DNA of 63,043 nucleotides, the filler included, from Octopus bimaculoides (taxonomy: Eukaryota), in NCBI RefSeq assembly GCF_001194135.2. It is 7 parts of 7 records of this genome, joined end to end, with 100 filler letters (N's around TTAATTAATTAA, not from the genome) between each part and the next. Parts side by side here need not be neighbours in the genome. Positions count along the whole stretch, not along the records: positions 12,364 to 16,222 come from NW_026302928.1; positions 16,323 to 31,013 come from NC_069001.1; 5 more parts are not named here. One strand, written 5' to 3'. A program made the position numbers and the translations under genes. Under the pieces are notes generated by a model. The model was not told the DNA's origin and did not search any database. It saw only the letters and a program-made list of their open reading frames with translations. Shown here piece by piece: positions 13,158-25,648 of this stretch. Position 1 is the first letter of the stretch; every line of letters begins with the position of its first letter.

Positions 13158-16100
13158 TTATCTGTCATAATGAAAGAAAGCAAATGATTTACGGCTAGGA
13201 ATAATTCCAAAAACCATCAAAGAATTTTCTGAAACATCCAAACCAAGAACTTTGTAAACTTCATTGTCTTCATGATTAAGGAGTAAAAATTTTTTCTCAA
13301 TATGTTGCGTTATTTCGTGTTGGGTATCTTGAGGAAATTGGTAAATATTGTTATCGTCATCTGTTATATAAACATATTCCCCGTGTGTGTGCAAGCGATA
13401 CGTGTAAATATCTGAATAGTTCTTTCTGCTGACTTCAACATTCCTAACCAACAATGTCTCCTGGTACCAACAAACGTCAATGACACCACCGCTCTTCCCA
13501 TGTCTATTTCTCTCCTCTCCCTCCCACTTCACAACAACAATGTCACCACCAGATGTCACCACTATATCACACACCACTATGTCTAGCTCTTTCACCGTTA
13601 CCTTCTCCTCCCCAGAGCACACTTCTCCCTTATGCTTACATGTCCCCCCATCGATAACAACCACATCTACATAGTAGTAGTAGATGTATATCTTGTCTTC
13701 CGTTATGTCTTTAATGTAATGACCACCACACACAAGTTCATTGTTGTTGTGCTTATAAATCCTGTTGTAGAATTTTTCAGTTTTGATGGTTTTTAAACGA
13801 CAGAGATCCCTGTTGAAGACCATCAATTCTTTACCAAAGGCGACAATGAAACATTTATCAGTCCACCGACAAATGTCCAGTGGTAGTTGTTGTTGTGGTA
13901 GTTGTTTATGTTGAAGTATGTCACCTGTCGTTGTTCTGATTAATGTGACAGTATTTCTAAACAACAACACACAGACATTGCCATCTAACTTAATTAGTTT
14001 ACTATTGCAGTCGTTACTGTCTTCAATATTATAATTAACAGGTTCAGGGCATGTAGGAATGGAAAGAGGGACCATTGCTGTTCTATATGGAAGTCTCCTC
14101 ACTGATATTTCATCAATTCCTGAATTATTAATCTCTGCTATGTAATTACCACATCTCACCTTTAATCTACCATTACCAATTATTTCACCTGATTCACCTC
14201 TTCTTCCCCCATCTCCACCTCTGTATTCCAATTTATTAATTGATTCATTACTGAATATTTCCTCAGATGTAATGGAAGGGAAACAAAGACCAGAATCAAG
14301 ATTTAATAAAGACACAGATTCCAGAACCTTCACTTGGTCCCCATCAATCTTTATGCAATGACATTCAATCAATTCAATATGTTGACACCAGTAAATACCC
14401 CCCACTTTTCTCCATATTACACCATAAGGGATGAGACTTGTCCAAACTTTAGATGTCTGCAAATCTTTTCCATTCAGTTGAAATAGTTCTTTTCTTTTAG
14501 GAACCGTGGCCATTATGTGTTTTCCTTGTGTAAAACACACACCACCAACTAAACTTGCAAAATTTCTGTAACATAGCAACTTCCCGTCTTTATCAAATAT
14601 TTTAACATTTCCATTATTGGCTTTTTCACACACAACTGTCTTTCCTTCATCAGAAATATCAAAATCTTTTACTTGAACAGCAAATTCGTCTGTTTGTAAC
14701 CGACAAACAGGGAATTTTTCTCGATTCACCATAAACAATCCTTCAACATACAAAAAACTGCCAAGACTGCCAACAAACCTTGGTCCTTTACTGCCTATAC
14801 TGTTGAATTCTACATTTCTATAAATTCTATGATTTAAAAATATCCTCTGGTATTCCCCTGTCTGTGACCAACACAGAATCTTATGCTGATTACTGGTGAC
14901 TCCACAATTGTCCCACCGACAAAAAATGTACAAATAACTGCCACCAATTATAATGTTGGTATAAATATTGTTATAATTCATGTAATGTCTGACTGAATGT
15001 AAGTACTCACCGTCTCTGTTGTAGAAAATGAGGAAATTTTTATTGCTAGCAAAGATGTCATCGTTAGATGTAACTCTAACATCACAGATGTCATTAATAT
15101 AATTACTATTACCACGCCCCTCTGTCATTAATAATGTTTTAGGTATGTCTATGATTTTTATTACTGTCACAGTTGAAGCTATTTCGTCAATAGTAACGAT
15201 ATATAATCGCTGATTCCCTCTCCATTTACCACTAACAACCAGTTGATTGTTCGACAAAGAAGCGATACACTTATATTTTTTTTCTGTCCGGTAAGTTACC
15301 AACGACAATGGAAATTCCACTTTTAATGTCAACAGTTGGTATCTATTATCCCCAGTAGTAATAACCAATGTATTTGACTGCCAACGACACATATTGACAG
15401 GGACAACACTTGTCAAGTTGACAGAGTCCAGAAGTTGACTTCCAAAAGTGAATATCTTAATGTTTTGATTATTACTGTCGTATCCTACAATCAGGTTATT
15501 TTCGGTAATCACTAAATAATCAATAATCATATTTGGTTTGTCTCCAGAACATCGAGGGACAGGAATATGTCTGCCTTTATCAGAAACTGTCAGATCCTGT
15601 AGATATAAAGAGGAAGACAACATTTCACTGACAGAAATGTTTCTGGAAAATACATCTACCAGGTCGATATAATAATTAAGTTGATTATTTGTAACGAGAT
15701 CATTAACCAACAAATTATGATCGTTTATAGCAAACATACGGCTTCTGTCTACAAGATACACAAACGTTTGGTCAATAGATCCACCGTAGAGATTGAGGGG
15801 ACATTTCACCTGGGACATTAAAACACTGGGGACCATCTTAATGCTACAAGGACGACGACTGACATGACCACCACCTCCTATTCTAGTTTTGTACTGAAAT
15901 GCTTTCCTCCTAGTAACAATTAATAGCTTTTCTGTTTTCTTGTCTATTGATAATGATTTCACAAAATAATCGATCTTAATTGTCTTAATTATTTCAACTT
16001 GATTATGATAATTGATGGCTAAAATATCTAAATGTGATGGTTTATCACAATAACAAACAATTTCACATTCACCCATCTTACACACCCGTACATAAGGCTG

Positions 16101-16222
16101 CCTTAATGATACACTTCTCACTGTCTTTGATAGGTTTCCAATGACCCATAATTGTTTCTGTAGGGGTAATGCGACACCTATTTGATGAGAATCCCATCGA
16201 CATATATCCGTAGCTGGAGACG
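13158..16222 (-). CDS. Large terminal coding exon (5'-incomplete) of a protein with four tandem NHL/six-bladed beta-propeller-like modules
   Basis: 987-aa ORF from the track. My translation shows the same frame stays open upstream of the GTG to the gap edge at 16222 (SPATDICRWDSHQIGVALPLQKQLWVIGNLSKT). Recurring blade motifs: P-x-D/N-[IM]-C-R-W (x3) plus GGVCFT, each followed by a Y-x-x-[IV] blade. High-complexity sequence with no internal stops. Confidence 0.9.
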
Positions 16223-16322
16223 NNNNNNNNNNNNNNNNNNNNNNNNNNNNNNNNNNNNNNNNNNNNTTAATTAATTAANNNNNNNNNNNNNNNNNNNNNN
16301 NNNNNNNNNNNNNNNNNNNNNN
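16223..16322. other. Unsized assembly gap (44 N + TTAATTAATTAA six-frame-stop linker + 44 N)
   Basis: An identical 100-bp construct recurs with the linker at 12308, 16267, 31058, 35043, 50704 and 54216. Confidence 0.9.
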
Positions 16323-16595
16323 CAAACTGCTAAGTTACGGGGACGTAAACACACCACCAGCATCGGTTGTCAAGCAATGCTGGGGGACAAACACAGACAC
16401 ACAAACATATACACACACATACATACATATATATATATATACATATATACGACGGGCTTTTTTTTCAGTTTCCGTCTACCAAATCCACTCACAAGGCTTT
16501 GGTCGGCCCATGGCTATAGTAGAAAACACTTGGCCAAGGTGCCACGCAGTGGGAATGAGCCCGCGACCATGTGGTTGGTAAGCAAGCTACTTACC

Positions 16596-16598
<3 letters not shown>
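16323..16598 (-). mobile_element. SINE family 1, 5' two-thirds
   Basis: Reverse complement of the family 1 head and body. Confidence 0.85.
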
Positions 16599-16637
<39 letters not shown>

Positions 16638-17190
16638 AAAACAATATATACATATATAATACATATATAATACACGCACTCAAAGCTTTGGTGTCCAGAA
16701 GATACCCCAAGATGCCATACAGCTGACTGAAACGGAAACCCTACAGCATCAAAGCAAACTTCCTAAACATACTTATATATACACATAGATACTATTACAT
16801 TTCCCGCACTATGCACTCTATACAACAAAATACATACATGTCAAGTGATCTCTTAAACACAACATGGAGGTAACATAGAAGGGAAACAAAAGAAAAAACT
16901 GTGTTTGTCATTTCTTTTTCTTTTTGATGACTGACCTCAACTTGAGAGATGAAAAGATTTTTTTCAATATCTGTAGTAAAATATAAATAGGTTAATGCAT
17001 AAATTTATGTACAATGTAAGCCTTAGAGTGAATTTGGTAGATGGAAAGCGTGAGGAAGCTCATTATGTGCGTGCACGTGTGTGTGCGTGTGGATGTGTGG
17101 ATGTGCATGTATGTGTGTAAGAGTGTGTGTGTAAATAATCAAATTACAACAGGTGGATGTCAACTATAATATTTGTATACTTATGCACTT

Positions 17191-17229
<39 letters not shown>

Positions 17230-17684
17230 AATATATACAGGTATGCATGTCAGTGTATATATATATGCGTGTATGTGTGTGTATAGGTGTATATATATGT
17301 ATGTGTCTGTGTATGTATGTGTGTGTGTGTGTGTGCATATATATACACATATTTATATGTATATATGTGTGTGTGTGTGTGTATGTATGTATACATACAG
17401 ATCTATGTGTGTGGCTTTGTGTATGTGTTTGTCCCCACTGGACAACCAGTGTTGGTTTATTTGCATCCTATATTTTAGAGGTTCAGCAAAAGAGCCCGAC
17501 AGAGTAACTACCAGGCTTGAAAAGTAAACTTCTCAAAATGGTGCCCCAGCATGGCCACAATTGAATGATTGAAACAAGTAAAGAATAAAAGAAAAGATAT
17601 GTAAATCATACATACATAAATGTAAACATATATACACATCTATATACATATAAATATACATATTATATATATATATACATATCG

Positions 17685-18025
17685 TCATGGCACTCCGTCG
17701 GTTACGACAACAAGTGTTCCACTTGATCTGATCAAAGGAACAGCCTGCTCGTGAAATTAGCATGCAAGTGGCTGAGCACTCCACAGACATGTGTACCCTA
17801 AACATAGTTCTCGGGGAGATTCAGCATGAAGCAGGAAGAAAGAGTGAGAGAAAGTAGTGGAGAAAGAATACAGCAGGGTTCGCCACTCCACCACCCCTGC
17901 CAGAGCTTCATGGAGCTTTAGGTGTTTTCACTCAATAAACACTCACAACACCCAGTGTGGGAATTGAAACCACAATCCTACGACCGCGACTCCGCTGCCC
18001 TAACCACTGGGCCATTGCACCTCCA
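17685..18025 (-). mobile_element. SINE family 3, full-length with tRNA-like head, CpG-decayed (partial plus-strand copy at 25300-25475)
   Basis: Head GGTGCAATGGCCCAGTGGTTAGGGCAGCGGAGTCGCGGTCGTAGGATTGTGGTTTCAATTCCC. Confidence 0.85.
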
Positions 18026-18193
18026 CTATATACATATATACATATATAAATATATGTATATAAACATATATATATATATATATATATACATAGCAGTGCT
18101 CCAGCATGGCCACAGTCAAATGACAGAAACAAGTAAAAGAGAGTAAAAGAGTAAAAGAATATATATATATGTATATGTATATATGTGTGTGTG

Positions 18194-18237
<44 letters not shown>

Positions 18238-18238
18238 T

Positions 18239-18301
<63 letters not shown>

Positions 18302-18960
18302 TAAAAATATCTATATCTATTTATATGTATGNNNNNNNNNNNNNNNNNNNNNNNNNNNNNNNNNNNNNNNNNNNNNNNNNNNNNNNNNNNNNNNNNNNNN
18401 NNNNNNNNNNNNNNNNNNNNNNNNNNNNNNNNNNNNNNNNNNNNNNNNNNNNNNNNNNNNNNNNNNNNNNNNNNNNNNNNNNNNNNNNNNNNNNNNNNNN
18501 NNNNNNNNNNNNNNNNNNNNNNNNNNNNNNNNNNNNNNNNNNNNNNNNNNNNNNNNNNNNNNNNNNNNNNNNNNNNNNNNNNNNNNNNNNNNNNNNNNNN
18601 NNNNNNNNNNNNNNNNNNNNNNNNNNNNNNNNNNNNNNNNNNNNNNNNNNNNNNNNNNNNNNNNNNNNNNNNNNNNNNNNNNNNNNNNNNNNNNNNNNNN
18701 NNNNNNNNNNNNNNNNNNNNNNNNNNNNNNNNNNNNNNNNNNNNNNNNNNNNNNNNNNNNNNNNNNNNNNNNNNNNNNNNNNNNNNNNNNNNNNNNNNNN
18801 NNNNNNNNNNNNNNNNNNNNNNNNNNNNNNNNNNNNNNNNNNNNNNNNNNNNNNNNNNNNNNNNNNNNNNNNNNNNNNNCCGGTTTCACCAGTCCTCAGT
18901 CAAATCGTCCAACCCATGCTAGCATGGAAAGCGGACGTTAAACGATGATGATGATGATGA

Positions 18961-19038
<78 letters not shown>

Positions 19039-19041
19039 GTA

Positions 19042-19085
<44 letters not shown>

Positions 19086-19405
19086 CACACACACATATAT
19101 ACATATACATATATATAAATATACATATATAACATATACAAGCATACACCATAAAAATTACTAAAACTTTAATAAAATATACACCTCATCTGAAGCATTT
19201 AAACATTATGTAAAAAGAATCTGTAAAAATAAATCAACTGAAAACAAACTTTAAAGAATAACAAGTAAATACACAACATACAAAAAAAAATGAATCACCA
19301 GCTGACTTCTCTGAGCAGCATCACTTCCACCATCATCACAACAATCTCCCCGTCCTACCCTGCCTCACCCCACTGCCAATGAAATAGAAACTTCTTCGCA
19401 CTCAC

Positions 19406-19469
19406 CTCTGACCTGAAATTGCCCAAATATGAGCAGCACCACTAAGGACAAAGCTAATTGAAAATTCAT
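19406..19469 (-). CDS. Candidate first coding exon encoding a signal peptide (MNFQLALSLVVLLIFGQFQVR-G), probably of the propeller gene
   Basis: ATG at 19469, then 21 codons + 1 nt, ending at donor GAG|GTGAGT (19405-19400, phase 1). Upstream acceptor TTCTCAG| at 19488. Hydrophobic core and small residue at the end. Linkage to the 13-16 kb exon is inferred. Confidence 0.6.
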
Positions 19470-19589
19470 GTTAACAGAGAAGAAAATCTGAGAACCAAAG
19501 TCTGGTGCAATTCATTATAAAGACATAGGTATAGAAATGTGTATATATGTGTGTGTGTGTGTATTATATATATGTATATATTATATGTA

Positions 19590-19623
<34 letters not shown>

Positions 19624-20099
19624 TGTATGTATATGTATATGTATATATATATATATATGCTCAGTACACATATACTCAACATATGCATGTATGTATGTAT
19701 GTATGTAAGTATACACATACATATATATATATATATATAAATATGTATATATATGTGTATATATATTNNNNNNNNNNNNNNNNNNNNNNNNNNNNNNNNN
19801 NNNNNNNNNNNNNNNNNNNNNNNNNNNNNNNNNNNNNNNNNNNNNNNNNNNNNNNNNNNNNNNNNNNNNNNNNNNNNNNNNNNNNNNNNNNNNNNNNNNN
19901 NNNNNNNNNNNNNNNNNNNNNNNNNNNNNNNNNNNNNNNNNNNNNNNNNNNNNNNNNNNNNNNNNNNNNNNNNNNNNNNNNNNNNNNNNNNNNNNNNNNN
20001 NNNNNNNNNNNNNNNNNNNNNNNNNNNNTATATATATATATATGCTCAGTACACATATACTCAACATATGCATGTATGTATGTATGTATGTAAGTATAC

Positions 20100-20130
<31 letters not shown>

Positions 20131-21247
20131 AATATGTGTATATATGTGTATATATATTTATGTATGTGCGCGTGTGAGTGTGTGTATATATGATTGTATG
20201 CAAGTATGTGTGTGTATGTATGTGTGTGTATGTATGTGTGTGCATTCATGTATGTACGTGTGTATGTACGTATATGTATGTATGCATGCATGTATGTATG
20301 TATGCATGTATGTATGTGTATGTATGTATGTATGTATGTATGTATGTATGTATGTATGTATATGGTGTTTGTGTAATAAAATCATTGCTAGACTTTTTGG
20401 CTATTGAATTATGATTCTATCGGGTCAGCTGCTCAGTTTCCCAAGACCAAACCATATCATTGATGTTACCTGGACACTCTGGCAAGCATTGACTAATATA
20501 GGCTTACCGCTCAAGAGATCCCAGAATAAATAATCAGTGGAATAGCTTATGTTATTACATGGTGGTTTCAGGTTCAATCCTCCTGTGTGGTACCTTCAGC
20601 TAATTAATGTCTTCTGCTATCATAGCCCCAAGCTAAACAAAATCTTGCAGGTAGAATTGTAATAGAATGAAACTGAAAGAACCCCTTACTGGATGTCAGT
20701 GCCACATAAAAAGCATCCAGCTGTAAAAAAACATGCCAAAGCAGACCTCACCAGTGCTGGTGACATATAAGGAATAAAGCCCCCAGTTTACTTTGTAAAG
20801 TGGTTGACATGAGGAAGGGCACACAATCATAGAAAACCATACCAAAAAAAAGACAATGGAGTTTGGTGCAGTCCTCTCGCTTGCCAGCTCCTGTATAACT
20901 GTCCAACACATGCCAGCATGGAAGACAAACATTAGATGATGACAACAATGATGACAACAACAACAACAATGAAGGTGGTGACAGCGGCAATGGGGGTGGC
21001 AATGACAACGACAATATATACACAGCTATATCACAGTATCACTGTAACAACCGTTTGTGTCTCCTTGTCTTGACATCACCTGTCAGTTGTAAACAAGCTG
21101 CACCATCACACAAGCAGTGTCAATCGTTTCCAATTTTGGTGAAGAGGTGAGTGTTGGCAACGGGAAAGGGCTTGGAACCGTTAAAAATTCACTTTAATGA
21201 AATCTATTTGACTGATGCAAGCATGGAAAAAAACTGAAGTTAAGGCA

Positions 21248-21315
<68 letters not shown>

Positions 21316-21729
21316 GACAACGACGACGATGATGATGACGATGACGATGACGATGATGATGATGATGATGATGATGACGATGGTGATATAGATATAGACG
21401 TAGATATATGTCAGGCCTTAGTCAATCAATGTTGATTATTCATCTGTAAGCGTATACACAAGCTTGAGCATGATTATGTTAGGATGACCGACAGTTGTCC
21501 ATGCATGCAAGCCTCCTGTTTCCATACCAACAATGTTTATCCAAGAGGAAAGACCATTGACTAGGACTGATGCAGTTTGTCTCCAGTGTTACCACAGGTG
21601 CTGCTATCAACACACAAAGAGCTGGAATAGCTACCACAAGATATCTCACTCCTGATCCTCTAACTCTTTGACAAAACCACTGTCCTGGATTACTACTTGC
21701 TTATCTACCCATTAGCCGGATTTATACTG

Positions 21730-22275
21730 TGCATGCAGAGTTTGTTGATCTGTAAAAAACGCATAGGTAGAAACTCCATAAGATGTACCCAGTGTAAGCT
21801 ATGGACATATAAGAGGTGCAGCAATATCAAAGGAAGGCTAACTAGGAAGATAGTTTTTGTATGTGGCAAATGCTCAGGTGTTATAAACACTGAAAATGTG
21901 CAGAGAACAGCTTCTGTCACATTCCAGGGAGAAAATCTAGAAGTAGTTGATAACTTCCGTTACATAGGGGACCAAGTCAGTAGCAGGGGTGGATGCTCTG
22001 AAAGTGTAGCTTCTAGAATAAGAAAAGTCTGGGCAAAGATCAGAGAGCTTCTACCTCTGCTGGTGACAAAGGGCCTCTCGCTCAGAGTAAAAGATAGACT
22101 GTATGACACATGTGTATGAACAGTCATGCTACATGGCAGTGAAACATGGGCTGTGACTGCTGAAGACATGCGTAAGCTTGCAAGGAATGAAGCGAGTATG
22201 CTCCGCTGGATGTGTAATGTCAGTGTGCATACTCGACAGAGTGTAAGCGCCCTGAGAGAAAAGTTGGACATAAGA
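21730..22275 (+). mobile_element. RTE/RTE-X LINE fragment (PHD-like finger + RT C-terminal region)
   Basis: SIRCTQCKLWTYKRCS...FVCGKC, LEVVDNFRYIGD, CV*TVMLHGSETW, EASMLRWMC. The stop at 22117 fits CGA>TGA decay. Confidence 0.8.
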
Positions 22276-22825
22276 ATCATAGGTATGCGGTCCATGGAAG
22301 CAAGGGGAGCAATGCTTCCCTTCAAAATTATTGAAACAAAATTGAAACTGTATTACTTATTTTTCATAAGATCGTTCTTCTAATGTTCTGTAAAATTAAT
22401 ATAAACTCCATGACATCATAGGCTTCAGACTTTTATTGTTGGAATTAGCATGAGACGACAAGCAGTGGCAGATGACACAAAAAAATCTGTGCAAGGGAAG
22501 CAACATATGTTGTTGCATCCTTTTCAGTGTAATATTTTAACATTTTTTCCGATAAAAATGCCACAAAGACAATTTTTTCCTAGTAAGAGCTGATACCGAA
22601 TAGTTTTAGATGCTAATAAATACTTATACGCTTAGACTAAGTTTCTGTCAATTTGCAATACCTATGATATATATGATCTTACGTTGTTAAGTAACACTTA
22701 GATAGAAAAAGGGAAGCAAGTTGACATTCTGCTTCCATCCAGAAAGATAACACGTGGGTCGTTTTCTGCCTTTATTCAACTAATATTTTATACTTTTTCA
22801 AATTACAGAACACCCTTTTTTTTTT

Positions 22826-23913
22826 TTTGTTCATTGTATAGCCCATAGATTAAATCTGGTTCTGCTGCAAGAATGCAATAAGTTTTTTTCACAGATAAAG
22901 TCCTTTTCGTTATTTTTTTGTAAGTCGACCAAACACATGCATCTATTAGATACTGAAATTAAAAAGCATTTTCCAAAAGTGGCACCAACTCGCTGGAACT
23001 TGAATCATTCTTTGGTAGAAACAGTTATTGAATATCATGAGCAACTTGCTGATTTATTCCTAAACATCATTGATAATTCAAGTAAACGGGACACGAAAAG
23101 CTATACTTATGCTCAGGTGTTGTATTCTAATTTACAAAATTGTGAATTCAAATTTTTGTTAAATGTGTTTGGATATATTATCATTTACACAAATGCAGCA
23201 TTTGACATCTTCCAGAAAAAAAAAATATCTGGCATATCCTACTGTATTTGTAAAGTAAATGAAATTGTGAAAGTTTTGAAAGAAAAAAAGCATGAATTTT
23301 CTAAATTTTTGGCTAACGTTGATGGCATTTATCCTCAGATGTAGAAAAGAAAAAAGGCATTTGAAACAGAAGAAGAAAGATACAGACAACGGTTCTACAA
23401 AATTATAGATTTAATTCACAAGCAAATTGAGATATGATTTCAAAATTTTAATGAATTACATTTTTTAGCACTTCTCGATCCAATGAGACAAAATAACAAT
23501 GTCCAAGGAACATATCTAACTTGCCTTAAACATTCTTATGGAGATCATTTCGATAGCCAAAAGTTAAGAAGCGAACTTACTGACTTGTACAAAGATGCTG
23601 AATTAAAAGGAAAATCTGTTCAAGATTGACTTTACATTCTGCATAATAGTGGATTAGATGAAGTTTTGCCCCAGTTAACGAAGCATTGGGAATTAATATT
23701 AACACTACCAGCAACAAGTGCTACAATGGATTGCTCCTTTTCATACTTAAGGAGAATTCATAATTATACAAGAAATTCACAGGGTTGAGTAGTTTAGCTC
23801 CAACTGATATAGAAAAAAGTGTTTTAAAAAGCATTAAGAATGATACCTTCTACAATGATGTTATCAACAATTTCTATAAGAAAGAGAGAAGGATTGAATT
23901 AACATTTAAATAA
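22826..23913 (+). mobile_element. Decayed hAT transposase (3' half)
   Basis: FVHCIAHRLNLVL (CxxH motif), APTRW, and a dimerisation-domain-like LTLPATSATMDCSFSYLRRI...DIEK...FYNDVINNF...RRIELTFK*. Stops and frameshifts. Confidence 0.85.
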
Positions 23914-25648
23914 AATAGGTAAGTTTTAATTTTAATTTTTTTTTATTTTAGAAATAGCTGTATAATATGAACATGTCAATGTGACTCAAATATCTATGTG
24001 ACAGAAAATTTGGGTCATTGCTTCCTCAACCAGAAAGATCACTGTACACCCTTGATATATANNNNNNNNNNNNNNNNNNNNNNNNNNNNNNNNNNNNNNN
24101 NNNNNNNNNNNNNNNNNNNNNNNNNNNNNNNNNNNNNNNNNNNNNNNNNNNNNNNNNNNNNNNNNNNNNNNNNNNNNNNNNNNNNNNNNNNNNNNNNNNN
24201 NNNNNNNNNNNNNNNNNNNNNNNNNNNNNNNNNNNNNNNNNNNNNNNNNNNNNNNNNNNNNNNNNNNNNNNNNNNNNNNNNNNNNNNNNNNNNNNNNNNN
24301 NNNNNNNNNNNNNNNNNNNNNNNNNNNNNNNNNNNNNNNNNNNNNNNNNNNNNNNNNNNNNNNNNNNNNNNNNNNNNNNNNNNNNNNNNNNNNNNNNNNN
24401 NNNNNNNNNNNNNNNNNNNNNNNNNNNNNNNNNNNNNNNNNNNNNNNNNNNNNNNNNNNNNNNNNNNNNNNNNNNNNNNNNNNTCCTGTTTGCCAAGGGA
24501 GTTATCCCTCTCACCACGGCCAGCAGCACGAACGTATCCGGATTTCAGGGTTATTTCCCTTCGTCGGCGTTCGACAGCCGATGACCTTGGTGAGAGAGAA
24601 AAACCTGGCAAATCTTATATCTTCTTTTCCAGTGGCATTCTTCACTGATATTGAAAAGGTGAAAACAAGCAATGTTAATTCTCTAAATGAAGTATTAACA
24701 GTAACTGCACGATAAAGTGTAGTATATTGCCACTTAAGTGTGGCTGACCCCTAGGGGTGGATGTTACTGTAGGGAATGACTAACATTTGAAGGATAATGT
24801 ATTCGCTTGGAAATCAGGTCATCGGTGAAAAATGCTTACAAAATCAGTGCCACACTCATTCTCGCCTACATTGAGAAGAGAAATGTAACTGAAATGTTAC
24901 TTTAAAGAAAGGATAATGAATGGGAGAGAAAAAAGAGAGTGGAGAGAGATAGTGCAGGAAGAGAGAGGGAGGTTTACTGCAAGTAGACCTCACAGAGGAT
25001 CAGGTATTGACATTGATAGTTGTATTGTTGAAAGACCCATTAAAGCCTCTCCTATTTGTTATAGTTTCCAGACCATAACGGAGGAGTTCAAAATTAGCTG
25101 TGTGTGGGAACTTATATGTGGTGATGACCCAGCTCTCATTGATAGATTGCATGGAGGAACATGGCTTCGTGGTTAGGGGTATTCAGATCATATCCATTAG
25201 GTCGTGAGTTTGATTTCCAGTGATACATTGTGTATCTTGAGCAAGGCTCTTTATTTAATGTCGTTCCGGTCAGCTCAGTTGGCAAAAATGAGTAGTACCT
25301 TTGTTTCGAAGGGCCAGCCTTGTCTTCACTCTGTGTCATGCTGAATCTCCCCGAAAACTACATTATGGGTACATGTGTCTGTGGAGTGCTCAGCCTCTTG
25401 CATGTTAATTTCATGAACAGGCTGTTCCATTGATTGGATCATCTGGAACCCTCATCGCCGTAACAGAGTGCCAGTTAGATAAATCAGTTGATGTATTAGA
25501 GGACATGTTCCAGATATGGATGCTGGTTCTAAAATTGAGGGATCTGAAGGTCAATTTTGAAGCAGCTGTCCATAGTTATCCCCTTACCCTTTGATTTTGA
25601 AAGAGATATTCACATCAGGACAGTTGACCTCTATGACAGTACACACAA

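Noticed and set aside
17960-18025. tRNA-like sequences with A/B boxes
   Set aside because: They are SINE heads continuous with SINE bodies, not tRNA genes.
20464-20507. Two minus-strand donor-like sites (CAG|GTAACA, GCG|GTAAGC) as 5' UTR exons of the propeller gene
   Set aside because: No clear acceptor or other support; such motifs occur by chance.
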